Below, piece after piece: positions 12,894 through 24,624 of a stretch of DNA of 64,000 bases (its first letter is position 1; every line of letters starts with the position of its first letter). The stretch covers positions 62,001-126,000 of the forward strand of contig CAUYUJ010000015.1 in the NCBI GenBank assembly GCA_963575745.1, given 5' to 3'. Position numbers and translations under genes: made by a program. Under the pieces are notes generated by a model. The model was not told the origin of the DNA and ran no database searches. It worked only from the letters and a program-made list of their open reading frames with translations. The DNA is from Prorocentrum cordatum (taxonomy: Eukaryota).

Positions 12894-14933
12894 GAGTTTT
12901 CTTCCCTTCTGCCTTCCCCCTTCCCTTCCCGTCCCTCCTCCGCTCCCCGCTCCTGTCTGCCCGTAAATAAATCCATGTAAGTCGATCGCACATTTGCCCA
13001 GGTGCCGGAGGCACGGGCCAAGTTTTTTCCCCCGAGTTCTAGATTGGCACGGCCTTCGGGCCGATCGTGAGTAGCGTAGCGTAGCGAGACCACGTTCGCG
13101 ACGGGCTTCTTCCCTCTGGGCGCGCCACTCCAGGCAGCGGCGACCGCCGAGCCAGCCCCTATTCTCGCGAGAAGACAGGCTTGCGCCTTGGCGTCGGCAT
13201 TCCGGCGCGCTCACAGGCGGGCCCCCTGCCGTCGTCGGCCCGGTTTACCAGTGGTCGGGCCCCACGGGGCCCCCATGTGCAGAGCGCGGCGCAGGCGCGG
13301 GCCGGGTGTCCACCTCTGGGGGCAGGTCGGAGCGTGGGTCTCAGTCTGTTTTGGCCGGCCGTCGAGGATCGGCTCCTCGGCTGGAGTCGAGCTTCGGCGG
13401 TCGGTGCGTGCTAGCTTTCGCTGCCGAGGGGCTCCCGGATCGAGTCCGGGTCTCCGCCCGTCCGCTGCGTCGCCGACCTGCGGGGTCGGTCAGCCTCGGC
13501 AGCTAGCGTCGCGAAGCCGCCGACTTTTTGGATTGATAATCTCGGAATCAAACCTGTCATCCGCATAATTCGGGCGCGCGTCAAATGGTTCGGCCTCCGT
13601 GTGTTTCGAGCGCCCTGGGTCGAGCCTTGTTTGGGCGCTTCCCGAGCGGCGCCAGCTCGCCTGACGCCCACCGTTCGAGGAGGTCGATCTTGACTTCTGC
13701 CAGTTCGGACCTCCACACTCGGTCTGCCGCTTGCGTGTTCATCGGCTCTGTCCACGATCTCGGAGCACAGGTGCCGCGTGCGGGCCCAGCTCGAAGACGC
13801 GCTACTTTTCAGGTCGGCCCCACTTGGATCTCGATGGCCGAGAACGGCTAGAGGCGTACAGTCGGGGCGTTGACCTAAGGAACCCTAAATAAGGAACGAG
13901 GCCCCTTTTTCCCACAAGTTAAACTTCGATTTCCCATCGAAGCCCTAAGCAAAACCAAAGGCGAACTGCAAAACAACTAAGGAACACCGAGCTCCTCCCC
14001 AACAAAAAGGGTTCCTTCCTCAGCGCCCCGACTGTAGCGCGCAGGCAGAAGGCTGCCCGTTCCCCAGTCAGAGCTGCCGGCCAAGTATGGCCAAGTCGCT
14101 GCGCTCATTGACTCTGCCATAGGCCATGATGTAATTTTACCAGGTTTACGTTTGTGCTCTGTGATCTCGCGAGGCGTTCTCGGATTCAGTGCAACGCTTC
14201 CTGCCGTCGTCAGCGTTTCACAAATGCTCGCAATGGCCATGGCAGTCGTCTTCGGCATAGAGTAGCAACTCTAGCGGTGTGTGCTGAGAGGTGATGAGGG
14301 GCCGCACGGCCCTCGGTGCCCTTTTTGAGAGCGGCACGCGAAGTAAAAAGGGCACCGAGACAGTGGACACGCTCGGCAGTATGATCGGCGCTCAAGCTCC
14401 CAAGCCCGCTCGCCCTCGCTCGAGGGGGTTTAAACATGTTGTTGTTCGACGTCTGTGCTCTGTGATCTCGCGGGGCGCTCTCGGATTCCGTGCGATGCCT
14501 CCTGCCACCGTCAGCGTTTCTAAGATGCTCGCAATGCAAGGCAATCGTCCTAGGCATCACCATCATCTTCAGCATCATCATCATGATCATGATCGTCCTT
14601 CTCATCATCACCATCATCCTCAACATCATCATCATCATCACCATCATCATCGTCATCATCATCAGCAGCATCATCATCATCGGCATCGGCATCATCATCA
14701 GCATCATCAGCATCACCATCATCACCCTCATAATTATCACCAGCATCACCATTATCATCCTCATCCTCATCCTCATCGTCTTCCTCATCACCATCATCCA
14801 TGTCGTTATCATAATCGTGACACTCCTCATTCCCTATCATCCTCCTCATCATCATCATCATCATCATCATCACCTTCATCACCAGCATCATCATAATAAG
14901 TGTCATCCACATCATCACCAGCATCCGCATCCG

Positions 14934-14975
<42 letters not shown>

Positions 14976-15576
14976 TGCCATCGCCATCACCATTGCATCA
15001 CCATCACCATCGTCATCATCATCAGCATCATCATAATCATCATCATAATCATCGCCATCCTCTTCTTGCAGCACCAGCAGCAGCACCATCCTCTCTTCCA
15101 GCATCTCTGGGGCACCAGACTCTCTTCCCCTTCGACTCTTCTCTCTCCTCCTACCCCCCCCCCTTCGACCGCCTCCTCCTCCCTCCCTCCGCCCACCGCC
15201 GAGGCCTGGGGGGCGCTCGAGGCGGCCGTCCTCGACGCCGACCCCGGCGCGCTCCGCGAGGCGGTGGCGCACGCGCGTCGCTTCGGTGTTGACAGGCAGG
15301 CCATCGCCATCGCCGAGCAGAAGATCGAGGCCGAGGAGGGCCCTCAAGACGACGTCGCCCTCGTCGTTGTCCTCGTCGATGTCGTCGCCATCGTCGCTGA
15401 AGTCACCGCCGTTGCCGACCAGAGGATCGAGGTTGAGAGGACCCTCGATGCCAGACCGCTCGCCTTCGCGCGTCTTGCTCCTGGCCATCGTCCCCTTTGC
15501 CCCACTTCCCCTCCTCCTCTTCCTCCTCATCCTCCTCCTCGTCCTCCTCCTCGTCCTCATCCCCATCCTCCTCCCT

Positions 15577-15670
<94 letters not shown>

Positions 15671-15769
15671 GCATCCTCACCCTCATCCTCATCCTCATCC
15701 TCATCCTCATCATCATCAGCATCAGCATCATCATCGTCATCGTCATCATCATCAGCATCATCATCATCG

Positions 15770-15820
<51 letters not shown>

Positions 15821-16414
15821 GCATCATCAGCATTATCCTCATCCTCATCCTCATCTTCCTCCCGTACCAGCGTCGATGCCGGCCTGGCCCGTTTTTATGC
15901 TTTTCCCCAGGAAGCAAGTGGGCGCGCAAATTGCACACCGACGGTCGCAGGCCGCATCGTTTGCACCTTGGCGGGTTGTATTCTTGATATGGTTGTTAAA
16001 TTCGTGCCATTTCGCTCTGTACGAAAGGTTTTGCCAAATTCCTGAAGAAGGTCATTGCCTGACCCCCGCACGCGTCACACCCAAGCCCACGAGTGCGAGC
16101 GGCAACGCTCCCAGCCGAAAGTGCGCACGCTGTCTGGGGTGGCCCCCGCGCATCTCAGACCACAGGCCGTCGAAACGCTGTATGGCTCCCTTTGTAAAAG
16201 TAGGCCCGATGTGCCCGTGCGAGCGCACGACGCGCACTCGGCCGACGACGGCCACTGCTCTACACCGTGGGACACCATTCCTGCGACAGCTCCAAGTGCT
16301 CATAGTGGGGGCGCGCATCAGGGCTGGGTTTCTTGCCAGGGCTTCCTGCGGCAGCGCCCGCACTGTATACGGAGCGCGGCGGCGATCCGAGCTGAAGCGA
16401 TCGGAACCCTTCCT

Positions 16415-16545
16415 TGGCATCGCTCGGACGTGTGCATTTTCCTTCGGCGAGGACCATCGAGAAGCATCCTTTATCATTTGGCGAAAGCGCCACGCACGAA
16501 ACCGAACAACAAAACACAGGGAATGGACGTCCGAGCGATGGCCAG
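16415..16545 (+). mobile_element. ~130-bp dispersed TIR element, copy 2
   Basis: Same ends and internal sequence as 4431-4558. Confidence 0.7.
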
Positions 16546-16764
16546 CTTCCTTCTGCCGCTGTCAGCAGCACGGCCCCTCGGGGCCGCGGGCCCTGCGCGC
16601 CCCTGCGCCGCCGGCCTGCGGCGCGATGGTGCCTTGGCGCGAGCAGCCGAGAGAGTCCTCCTCCTCCTCCTCCTCCTCCTCCTCCTCCTCCTCCTCCTCC
16701 TCATCCGCCTCCGAGGATCTCGTCACGCGTGGACCCGCTGAGCGACACGCCGCTCCCCCCAGCA

Positions 16765-16922
16765 TTACCAGCCTCGAACGTATCCCTATCCCTAGGATTG
16801 ACACGCCAAGAGGCGATGACAGTCTCAGGGGTTCGCCCTCAATAGACAAGGGAGTCCCTGAGATTGGCACCGTGACTAGGAGGTGCCCAGCATAGGGATA
16901 GGGATATGTTCCAGGCTGGTAA
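16765..16922. mobile_element. MITE-like element with ~30-bp TIRs
   Basis: ttaccagcctcgaacgtatccctatcccta pairs with tagggatagggatatgttccaggctggtaa (2 mismatches); flanked by cagca on both sides. Confidence 0.75.
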
Positions 16923-17920
16923 CAGCAGCACGCGTGCGCTTGGGCGGCTCCCGCACGTGCGCGCACACTCACAAGCACACACACACACACACGCAAGCAA
17001 CGCAACGTTCAACAACTCCGCTCGTGGGGTCCTCCTGGGCGAGCCGCGCCTGCCTGCGTGGTATGACACCGCCTGGCGCACCACAGCGCGGATGTCGTGG
17101 CGCTGTGCGGCCCCCCTCCGGCGCCGACGGCGTTCTCCAAGCCGTGTCCGACTGGGTGGCCGCGTTTGCAGGCGCGGTGTTGGGAGCCCGCTGTTGGGTG
17201 GGCTGCTCATGGTGTTTGGGTTTCGGCGGTCGCCACTCTCTACGAGTGGGAACTCCACGGGCCGCGAGAGCGACTGAGGCCGACGCGCGCTGCACGCAAC
17301 CTCGCCGAGCATCGCCACATTGCCCCCTGGAGGCACAACAAGAGGGGGAGAGGTGGGGGATGCAGAGGTATAGGAGAGAGAGAGAGAGAAAGAAAGAAAG
17401 AGAGAGAGAGAGAGGAACAAAAAAAACAATAAAGGGAGACAGAGAGACAGAGAGGGAGAGAGAGGGAGACAGAAAACAACAGTAAAAACAAGCTAGATGA
17501 GGGATGATTTGCCACCACAAGACTTCATACGTATATGAAGTCAACAAGACTATATGAAGTCAACGTGTGAGGGTCGACGTATGGAGTCAACAAGACTCCT
17601 TACGTCGACCTCGACATCCCTGGTGGCCTGGAGGTCGTGCTGGAGTCTGGGCCTGGAGGTCGAGCCTGACCCCTGCCTACCCCCCGCCACCGGCGCAGGG
17701 AAGGCCAGGAGCACTCGGTCGAGCCAGCGCGTGGCTCTCGCCACCTCCTGCGCTCGAGCATGCGACTCGGAAGCCTCCTCCCGAAAAGTTGGGCCAGCGC
17801 CTCTGGGCGCCTCTCTGGCGTGAAGCAGGAGGGTGGTCCAGGCTTGTGCGGGGACTGGGCAGGGAAGTTTGCACAGGTTTCTCACATCATGGTTCTCTTC
17901 CTCGCAGTTCCGGCTGCGGC

Positions 17921-17942
17921 TCCGTAGCCATTTTGGCTCAAG
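17921..17942 (+). other. Dinoflagellate spliced leader (DinoSL), genomic relic, exact
   Basis: TCCGTAGCCATTTTGGCTCAAG matches the consensus DCCGTAGCCATTTTGGCTCAAG. Confidence 0.97.
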
Positions 17943-18034
17943 CACGGAAGCCCAGACGTGCTGGGGGGGGGGCCCGCGCGTGGGCACCGAGGGGCGCCGC
18001 ATGTGGCCGCCCTGCAGCTCGAGGCCGGGCCGCG

Positions 18035-19048
18035 ATGGTGCAGTGGGTATGTCCGTCCTGCCGCTTTCGCAACAAGGCGACCTTTGCGGTGTGCGGAGGC
18101 GGCGGGCCCATGGGGTGCAAGCTGGCCAAGCCGAGCGGGCTCGACGCGGAGCCGGCCACGGGAGGTTACGGTGCGGCGAAGCCGGAGAGGCAGGAGCGGG
18201 GCTCCGCCCCCTATCCGCTGGCTGCAGCCGCAGGTGACAAGCCATCGGCCAGTACCTCCGAGAGTCAGGGGGAGGCAGCTGCGGCTGCCGCGGCCCTTGC
18301 TGTCGCCGCTCGAGCCGCCGCGGCCACCTGCGAGCTGCCCAAGCTGACCGCCGGAGCTGGTGCGGGCCAGACGCTGCACCCTGCGCCCAGCAGCAGCGCC
18401 GTCCTCGACGACCCCCTCGCTCAGATGGTGCAGGCTGCGCAGATGGCCGAGCTGGCGCAGCTGGCCCAGCTGCAGCAGTACCAGATGATGGGCTACGGCA
18501 GCACTGGCGGCAGCGCCGGCGGCGGCTGGGGCGCGGGCGGCTCCCCTGCGGACGAGCGGTGGCACTGCACGCAGTGCGGCTTCTGGAACAAGCCGACCAA
18601 CACGGTTTGCGGCGGCACTGGTCCGATGGGCTGCAAGGCGGCCAGGCCGGAGACGGTCGACCCTTTTCTGCAGGCCCAGGCGCTGTGGGCTGCGCAGCAG
18701 GCCTCGGCGAACGCCAGGGCTGGAGGCGCCTCCGTCGATGCAGACAAGTGGGTCTGCGAGTGCGGCTTCGCCAATCGGCTGATCAACACTGTCTGTGGAG
18801 GAGGAGGAGGCCCCCTGGGCTGCAGGCAGCAGAGGCTACGATGCGCCGGTGCCGCGAGGACACCGGCCGACGACGGCGACTCGTGGACCTGCACTTGCGG
18901 CTTCGTGAACTCCGCGAAAAATGTGCAGTGCGGAGGCAAGGGCGTGCTCGGCTGCAAGAAGGCGAGGGCCGAGCAGGTCGTTGCGGACCTCAAGCAGTAC
19001 CGCGAGCAGACGAACCAGCGGTCTGTCAGCACGCGGGCGCGGTCGTGA
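18035..19048 (+). CDS. Protein with four RanBP2-type-like zinc fingers (337 aa), intronless retrocopy
   Basis: Four repeats W-x-C-x(1-2)-C-x3-N-x6-C-GG-x(4-5)-GC: WVCPSCRFRN.., WHCTQCGFWN.., WVCECGFAN.., WTCTCGFVN.. ATG lies 92 nt after the SL. No stops or frameshifts. Confidence 0.85.
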   Translation: MVQWVCPSCRFRNKATFAVCGGGGPMGCKLAKPSGLDAEPATGGYGAAKPERQERGSAPYPLAAAAGDKPSASTSESQGEAAAAAAALAVAARAAAATCELPKLTAGAGAGQTLHPAPSSSAVLDDPLAQMVQAAQMAELAQLAQLQQYQMMGYGSTGGSAGGGWGAGGSPADERWHCTQCGFWNKPTNTVCGGTGPMGCKAARPETVDPFLQAQALWAAQQASANARAGGASVDADKWVCECGFANRLINTVCGGGGGPLGCRQQRLRCAGAARTPADDGDSWTCTCGFVNSAKNVQCGGKGVLGCKKARAEQVVADLKQYREQTNQRSVSTRARS

Positions 19049-20516
19049 GTGGTGACCCTGGGCGCCCCGCGCCCGGCGCACGCCCCGGCCTGGCACCAGG
19101 CGCGGGCGCCAGCGGCCCTGGGGCCGGCCCGCGGAGCGTGTCCCCGCCGCGGCTGCAAAAAAAAAGAAAGAAATCGCAGTTCCGGCTGCACTTGTCAGAG
19201 ATGTGGTTTGCAGACAGGGCTGCAGGCACACGCAGCGCCGTTGGCGGGGCCTCACGGGCTCCCCGTGAAAGTCTGAGAGCCCTCGCACTTCGAGCGGCCG
19301 GCTGCGATACCTGCGGGGCGGAAGACATCCAGGACGGGGCAGCTCTCTGATTGACAAGCGTTGTTGGCCCGCCGTCCGGCGCAGCACGGGCAGGTTTTTT
19401 CGACGAGGTCTCGAGCGACGGTCAGCCGCGCGACATCACGCCGGCTGGCGATCTCATCGGGAAGTCGCTCTCGGGAAATTTTCTTTCTCCTCCTCCTCCT
19501 CCTCGTCGCACCCACCGCCGAGGCCTGGGAGGCGCTCGAGGCGGCGAACGCGGGAGGTGATCTCCCCGCGCTTCACCAGCACAGCGTCTCCGAGGAGGCC
19601 GTCGCCGAGCAGGAGAGCGCGGAGGGGGAGGCCTCTCGAGACGCCGTCGTTGTCGTCCTCGTGATTGGCCTCGCCGTCGACGTCTTCGTCTGGGAAGTTG
19701 TTCGTCGGTTCTGGAGGTCCTGGTCGCAGCGGCTGGGTGTGGCTTCTCTTCGCTCAGCCTTCGCCGCCTCAGCTCCCTCCACATCCTCCTCCAGTGATTT
19801 TTGAGATTGCCCTTGCGCAGGTCAGCCAGCAAGGCGGACTAAATTATTCAGATGTAGCAATCGCTGGCAGGCAAACGTTCAGATTCTGAATGCGTCGCTT
19901 GTCCCAGCCAGCCGAGCTGGCAACCAGCGTCGTCCCCACTTTGCGGGCTCAGTCGGCTCATGGGGGACCGCTTTGAGGGGGGGCGGCGTGTTCGGGCCCA
20001 CCTCCTCATCGTCGTCGTTCCTTCTCTTCGGCGTGGGGCCCCGCGACAAGCTCGGAAGCTCCTGGAAGCTTCTCGCCGCCAGGGCAAAGGGAAGGGAGAG
20101 GGGAGGGAGCCACACCGCCTGCGCGCGGGGGATGGCGGGGGCGAGGAGCCGCGTGGCGGCAATGGAGGGGGGGAGATGCAGAGCAGGAGTGGGAGGGGCA
20201 GGAGCACGAGAAGGACGAGGGTCAGGAGGGGAAAAAACACACAGGCACAATTAATCGGCGATTCCCCCGAAAATTTCGGAAAATATGGGAAGTGGGGGGG
20301 AAGACAAAACCCCAGAAAATATGGTAAATATGGGAATCCTGTTACTTGTGTCTATTATTTGTGTGTCCTTGGGCCTCTTCAGAGGAGGTTGCCACCTGCA
20401 CTTGTGTATACGCCGCCTCGTCACCCTCTCTCTCTCTCTCTCTGAATGGCGCAAAGAGATGTATCAAACACAAAAACCCTCTCTCTCTCTCCGAACGGCG
20501 ATCCAGAGGGTCAAGA

Positions 20517-21758
20517 CTAGGAAGTCAACCCATCCAGAACGCTGAAAAACCTCTCAGCCCTGGCGATCGCACCGTCGCCATCCGTGCACACAACCCTCTG
20601 CCTGTGCTTGAACAACCTCGACACTCCAGACGTATCCAAGCCACTGGCCTCCACCGCGGCTGCGTAGTTCTCGCCTTTGCCAGCCGTCATCACCTGGATC
20701 GGCACGAGCACGTTGAAAGAAACCTCAGTGTATGATCCACCGATCTTGAACAACATACTGTACAACCATTATGTGTTCAACAATGGCAGTTTTGACACAT
20801 GCGTTGGTTCTCTGCCGCCGTCCATGTCGATCTGAGCTCTGTGAAGGTCGCGTCGCTCCAACGCGTTTCCAACTACTAGTTCCAAGGATGCGTCGTCGTT
20901 GTCAAAACATGCGCCTGTCAGCTTCTTCTCATCAAACCTGCACTGATGAGAAAACAACATGCACTCGCCACCTGCACTTGTAACCCTCCCAAAGCAAGCA
21001 TTCATCATGCTGATGCCCATTGCTCGTTCTATCAACACTGCCAGCGCCACAAGCCGTGACTTGTATATTGCGAAAACCGACCTGCCAAGTCCAGCAGCTT
21101 GGGCACTGACACTTTCACTCATCATATGTTTCGCCAGTTTGCCACGGAGCACATTGATCGTATCTGTTGCCACCTTGTTGAACATACCTGGTCTGTCAGG
21201 GTCCGCTCTTATGACGCCAAGTGCAACCAACAATGGGTTATACAAGAGGCTACCGCGACGGTGCCGTTGAACATGAAGGAGGCCCCGTAAACGGGCGCAG
21301 TCCTGATCTAAGGCATCAGCTGGTGGCCCGACTGGACCAGCAACAACAATCTGCATCTCATCGGGCACGACGTCGCCAACGGCACCCTCGATGTCGGCTG
21401 GCTCGCCGTCGCCCTCAGAGGCGCCCTCGACGTTGGCTGGCTCGACGTCGCCGCGCGAAGCTGCCAGCGGCGCGGCGACGTCCCTGGCCGCCAGAGCAGC
21501 ACCAACGGGCTGCCACAGCTCCTGGGCGGTGGCGCGCCGCTGGCGCCGCTTAGCCCCCCTGTCCAGCGGAGGCCCGTCCTGCGCGGGTTCCTCGGCGCCG
21601 TCCTCGGCAGGGCTCAACGAGCCTGCTCCCGCGAGAGCCTCCCAGCCGCCCACGTCGCCTTCCGCGAACGCAGCCCAGCCGCCACTGGGCGGCGCATCGG
21701 CCTCGCTCGGCGATGGGCTGGACGGCCCGACGAAATGCGCCCACCCCTCCAATGGCAT
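20517..21758 (-). pseudogene. SL-headed intronless ORF, frameshifted near 20765; unknown protein, possibly transposase-derived
   Basis: A ~330 aa frame from ATG 21758 continues in another frame at 20765-20517. The N-terminus is low-complexity, followed by non-repetitive sequence with QCRFDEK and RVVCTDGDGA. Confidence 0.5.
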
Positions 21759-21771
21759 GGAGGGGCTGGCG

Positions 21772-21793
21772 CCTGAGCCAAAATGGCTACGGA
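21772..21793 (-). other. DinoSL relic (1 mismatch)
   Basis: The reverse complement reads TCCGTAGCCATTTTGGCTCAGG, 13 nt upstream of an ATG at 21758. Confidence 0.9.
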
Positions 21794-24624
21794 TGTGCCA
21801 ATGCAACAGAACGTCTTGGAGAATTTGCAAGGCTTCTAACACCCCCGTTCAATACAATCAGTCTTCGGAGGCTTTTGTTCAATCGATATACGGGCGACTC
21901 TATCGTTATCCCACCAGCCCTTTGGCGACAGGTGGTCTAGATTCCTCTTCCCTCTTCCAACAACCCCTCTTCCCATTCAGGGAAGGGTTTATCACTGCTC
22001 CCTACCCCGTCCCACCTGGACGGGCGGGGGGGTCGCGTGTAGTTAGTTAGAGCGCACCTTTTCGGACCATGGGAATGCTATTTTTGACGCCCCCACACGG
22101 GTCGTGGCCTCCGAGGGGAGGGGCGTCGATCGGGACGCCCCCTCTTTTCGCCGACCGCTTCCAAGATGGCCCCAAAAATGCCTTCCAAGGCTCACAAGGA
22201 GCCCCCAAGAGCGCTCCAGGACCGCTCCAAGAAGCCCCAACATGGCCCCAGGACTGCCCCTGAGGCCCCCAAGACGGCCTTAAGAGGGCCCAAAGACAGT
22301 TCAAGTTGCCTCCAAGACGCCCAAGGTGGCCTCCAATACGGCCAAGATGGCCCCAAGAGAGCCCAAGATGGCCCAATGTCTCCAAGACGGCCCAATATGC
22401 ACCCAAGACGGCCCAATATAGCCCAAGGGTGGCCCAAGACGGCCAGAGACGACCCCGACAGGCCTCCAAAACGGATGTGGCTCACTTTTGGATTGCTGCT
22501 CGTTGCTACACCCCCCTCATCAAGGCAGCTCGCCTGGCGGCTGTTTTGGGGTGGGCTGGTGGGGATACGCGAAGCGTGAAGAGTTGTTTAGCCTTTGTTC
22601 AATCTACGTTCGGCTTCTACTCGATTCATCGCGCTGCGAAGCAACGAAGAACGCACAGCATGAGAGAGCTCTGGCCACACGACGCGTGCATTCACTTGCC
22701 TCCAAGACTCCCCATCTACAGCATGAGCTCGGCCACACGACGACTATGCCCCCCCTCCCCCCCGTCCCCAGTCCGACCCCCTCCTCTATCCCCTGGACTG
22801 GCTCACTAGGGCCCGTGACTCCGATAAGTTGGCAGATGGCGTCTAGATGTCCGTCGCACCCCTCCCTCTGCCAAAGCTAATTGGTCGTGGAGGAGGGCGA
22901 GGGCCCTCTTCCTATGTATCAGGCCCTCCGTCGGAAGGGGAGGTATAACGGTTAGGCAGAGGGCAGGCGATTGCGAGGAAGACAATGAGAAGGGGAGGAG
23001 GAGGAGGAGAAGAGCAACATGATGACGTAGAGGAGAGCGAAGAGCGATTTGAAGGAGAAGGTTTTGGTGCCCACTCACAATCGCGCATAGAATCGCATCC
23101 TGTTTTAAAAGAAGATCAGGCGCCCTCACAACGAACATGGTTCAATGTTTTTTCCATCGGCGGCCCTATCACTTGTCTATGTTTTGCCTATCGCGCTGTT
23201 TTCCTGGATTCTATCAACAAAAGGCGCGTGGGCATCACAACTCTTGGAGCGTCTTGGTGCCTCTGGGGTGTCTCTCGGGGCCTTCTCGGGGTCTCTTGGG
23301 AGCCTTTGGGGGGCATCCTGGGGGCCTCTTGGGGCCTCCCGGCCACCTCTTGGGGCCCTCTTGGGGCACCCATTGGGAGCCTTCGGAGCGCTCGTGGGGC
23401 CATATCGGAGGAGATCGATCAAAGAAGGGGGTTCCTTAGTTAGCGCCCCCCCAAGAGGCCCAAATGGGGCCAACACCTTAGTCAAACCAATGATGTGGGC
23501 TTCCTCGCAGAGGCCTTTTTGGACGTTCCGATACCTCGCCCCCTCCCCGTCCAAGTCCAGGCGAGGGGGTAGGGGGAGGGGTGCAGTAAACCCCTCCCCG
23601 AAGGGGAAGAAAAGGGGTTGGAAGAGGAGCCGCCCTAAAGCACCTACGCCCAGAGGGCTGGTGGGATTTACGGCAGCAGGCAAGCTGCCAGCATCAGCGC
23701 CTAGTTATCCAGCGCCCGCATTCCAGGCCACCGTCGATTCCAGACTCCTGACCCCCCGCCACGTCCCCCCCCGCGCCTTCAGAAAGGCAAAAGGCGCAGC
23801 AGAGGCAAGGGACAGAGTAGCACTGCATAGCGACTTCTGTTTCCGCGTGCCCACAGGCGCCAAACCCGACATAGCGTTTTGTGACGGGCGCGTTACTGCG
23901 AGCGAATGGGGGCTTACCTTCGATAGTTTCAGGGCTAGGCTGATGCAGAGCCATTATACCATGCAGCTTCTAGCACGTGTAGTTATTCAGTCAACCTCGT
24001 GTTGCGTCCGAGTCTTGTCTTGCCTTGCCTTGTCTTGTCTTGTCCTCCTCGTCCTGTTCCTCCTCCTCATCCTCCTCCTCCTCCCATCGTGCTTTGTCTC
24101 GCTTGTCTTGCGGACTGCCGCCGAAGAGCGGAATGTTGCGTCTGGGGCGATGACCGAAGGGCGCCCCCCCCTCGTCGGGGCGCTCCCTGGGGGAGCACTG
24201 GCGGAGCAGCGTCTCCCCCGGGCCTGTTCCTGAACAGCCCACGAGGTGCTCTCGTCGGCGCGCGGCCCTCGAGTTGCACGAAGTCGATTTACGGAGAGGA
24301 CGCATGCTGCCAAATAATTTCCGGATGTCTAAAACATGTTTCAACCATGTTTGAGTTTTTTAAAATTAAACAAACGTAAGAACATGTTCGAAACATGTTA
24401 GAACATGTTTTACACCGTTTAACCACATCTTTAGTTCAATGATAGGACTGTTCGAGTGTCCATTGTCATGGCATCCACGACCCTAGAGGCTTCCCCCGGG
24501 AAGCTTTTTCACCATGGACCCATTTTTGCCGTCCTGGGACCCGACAGCGGGCCTCGAAATCACATCGTCGGGTGATGGGTCCTTCCTCGCCGCACAGCTC
24601 CGCATCCAGGGTCGTCTGGGAAGG

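Larger units (their letters stand above)
17902..19189 (+). other. Processed retrogene insertion (TSD-SL-5'UTR-CDS-3'UTR-polyA-TSD)
   Basis: tcgcagttccggctgc at 17902-17917 and 19174-19189; SL at 17921-17942; A-rich tail 19157-19173; intronless CDS in between. Confidence 0.92.

Noticed and set aside
14490..16895. 801-aa ORF and other long poly-His/Pro/Ser/Glu/Cys-Val ORFs (2236, 24483-26161, 31926, 50652, 53067, 62179)
   Set aside because: These are translations of stop-free microsatellites and GC-rich DNA.
17921..17942. SL RNA gene
   Set aside because: The SL is followed by mRNA UTR rather than a GT donor and SL intron, so it is a retroposed relic.
17567..18034. N-terminal extension of the zinc-finger ORF
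   Set aside because: It crosses the TSD and SL junction, so the true start is most likely ATG 18035.
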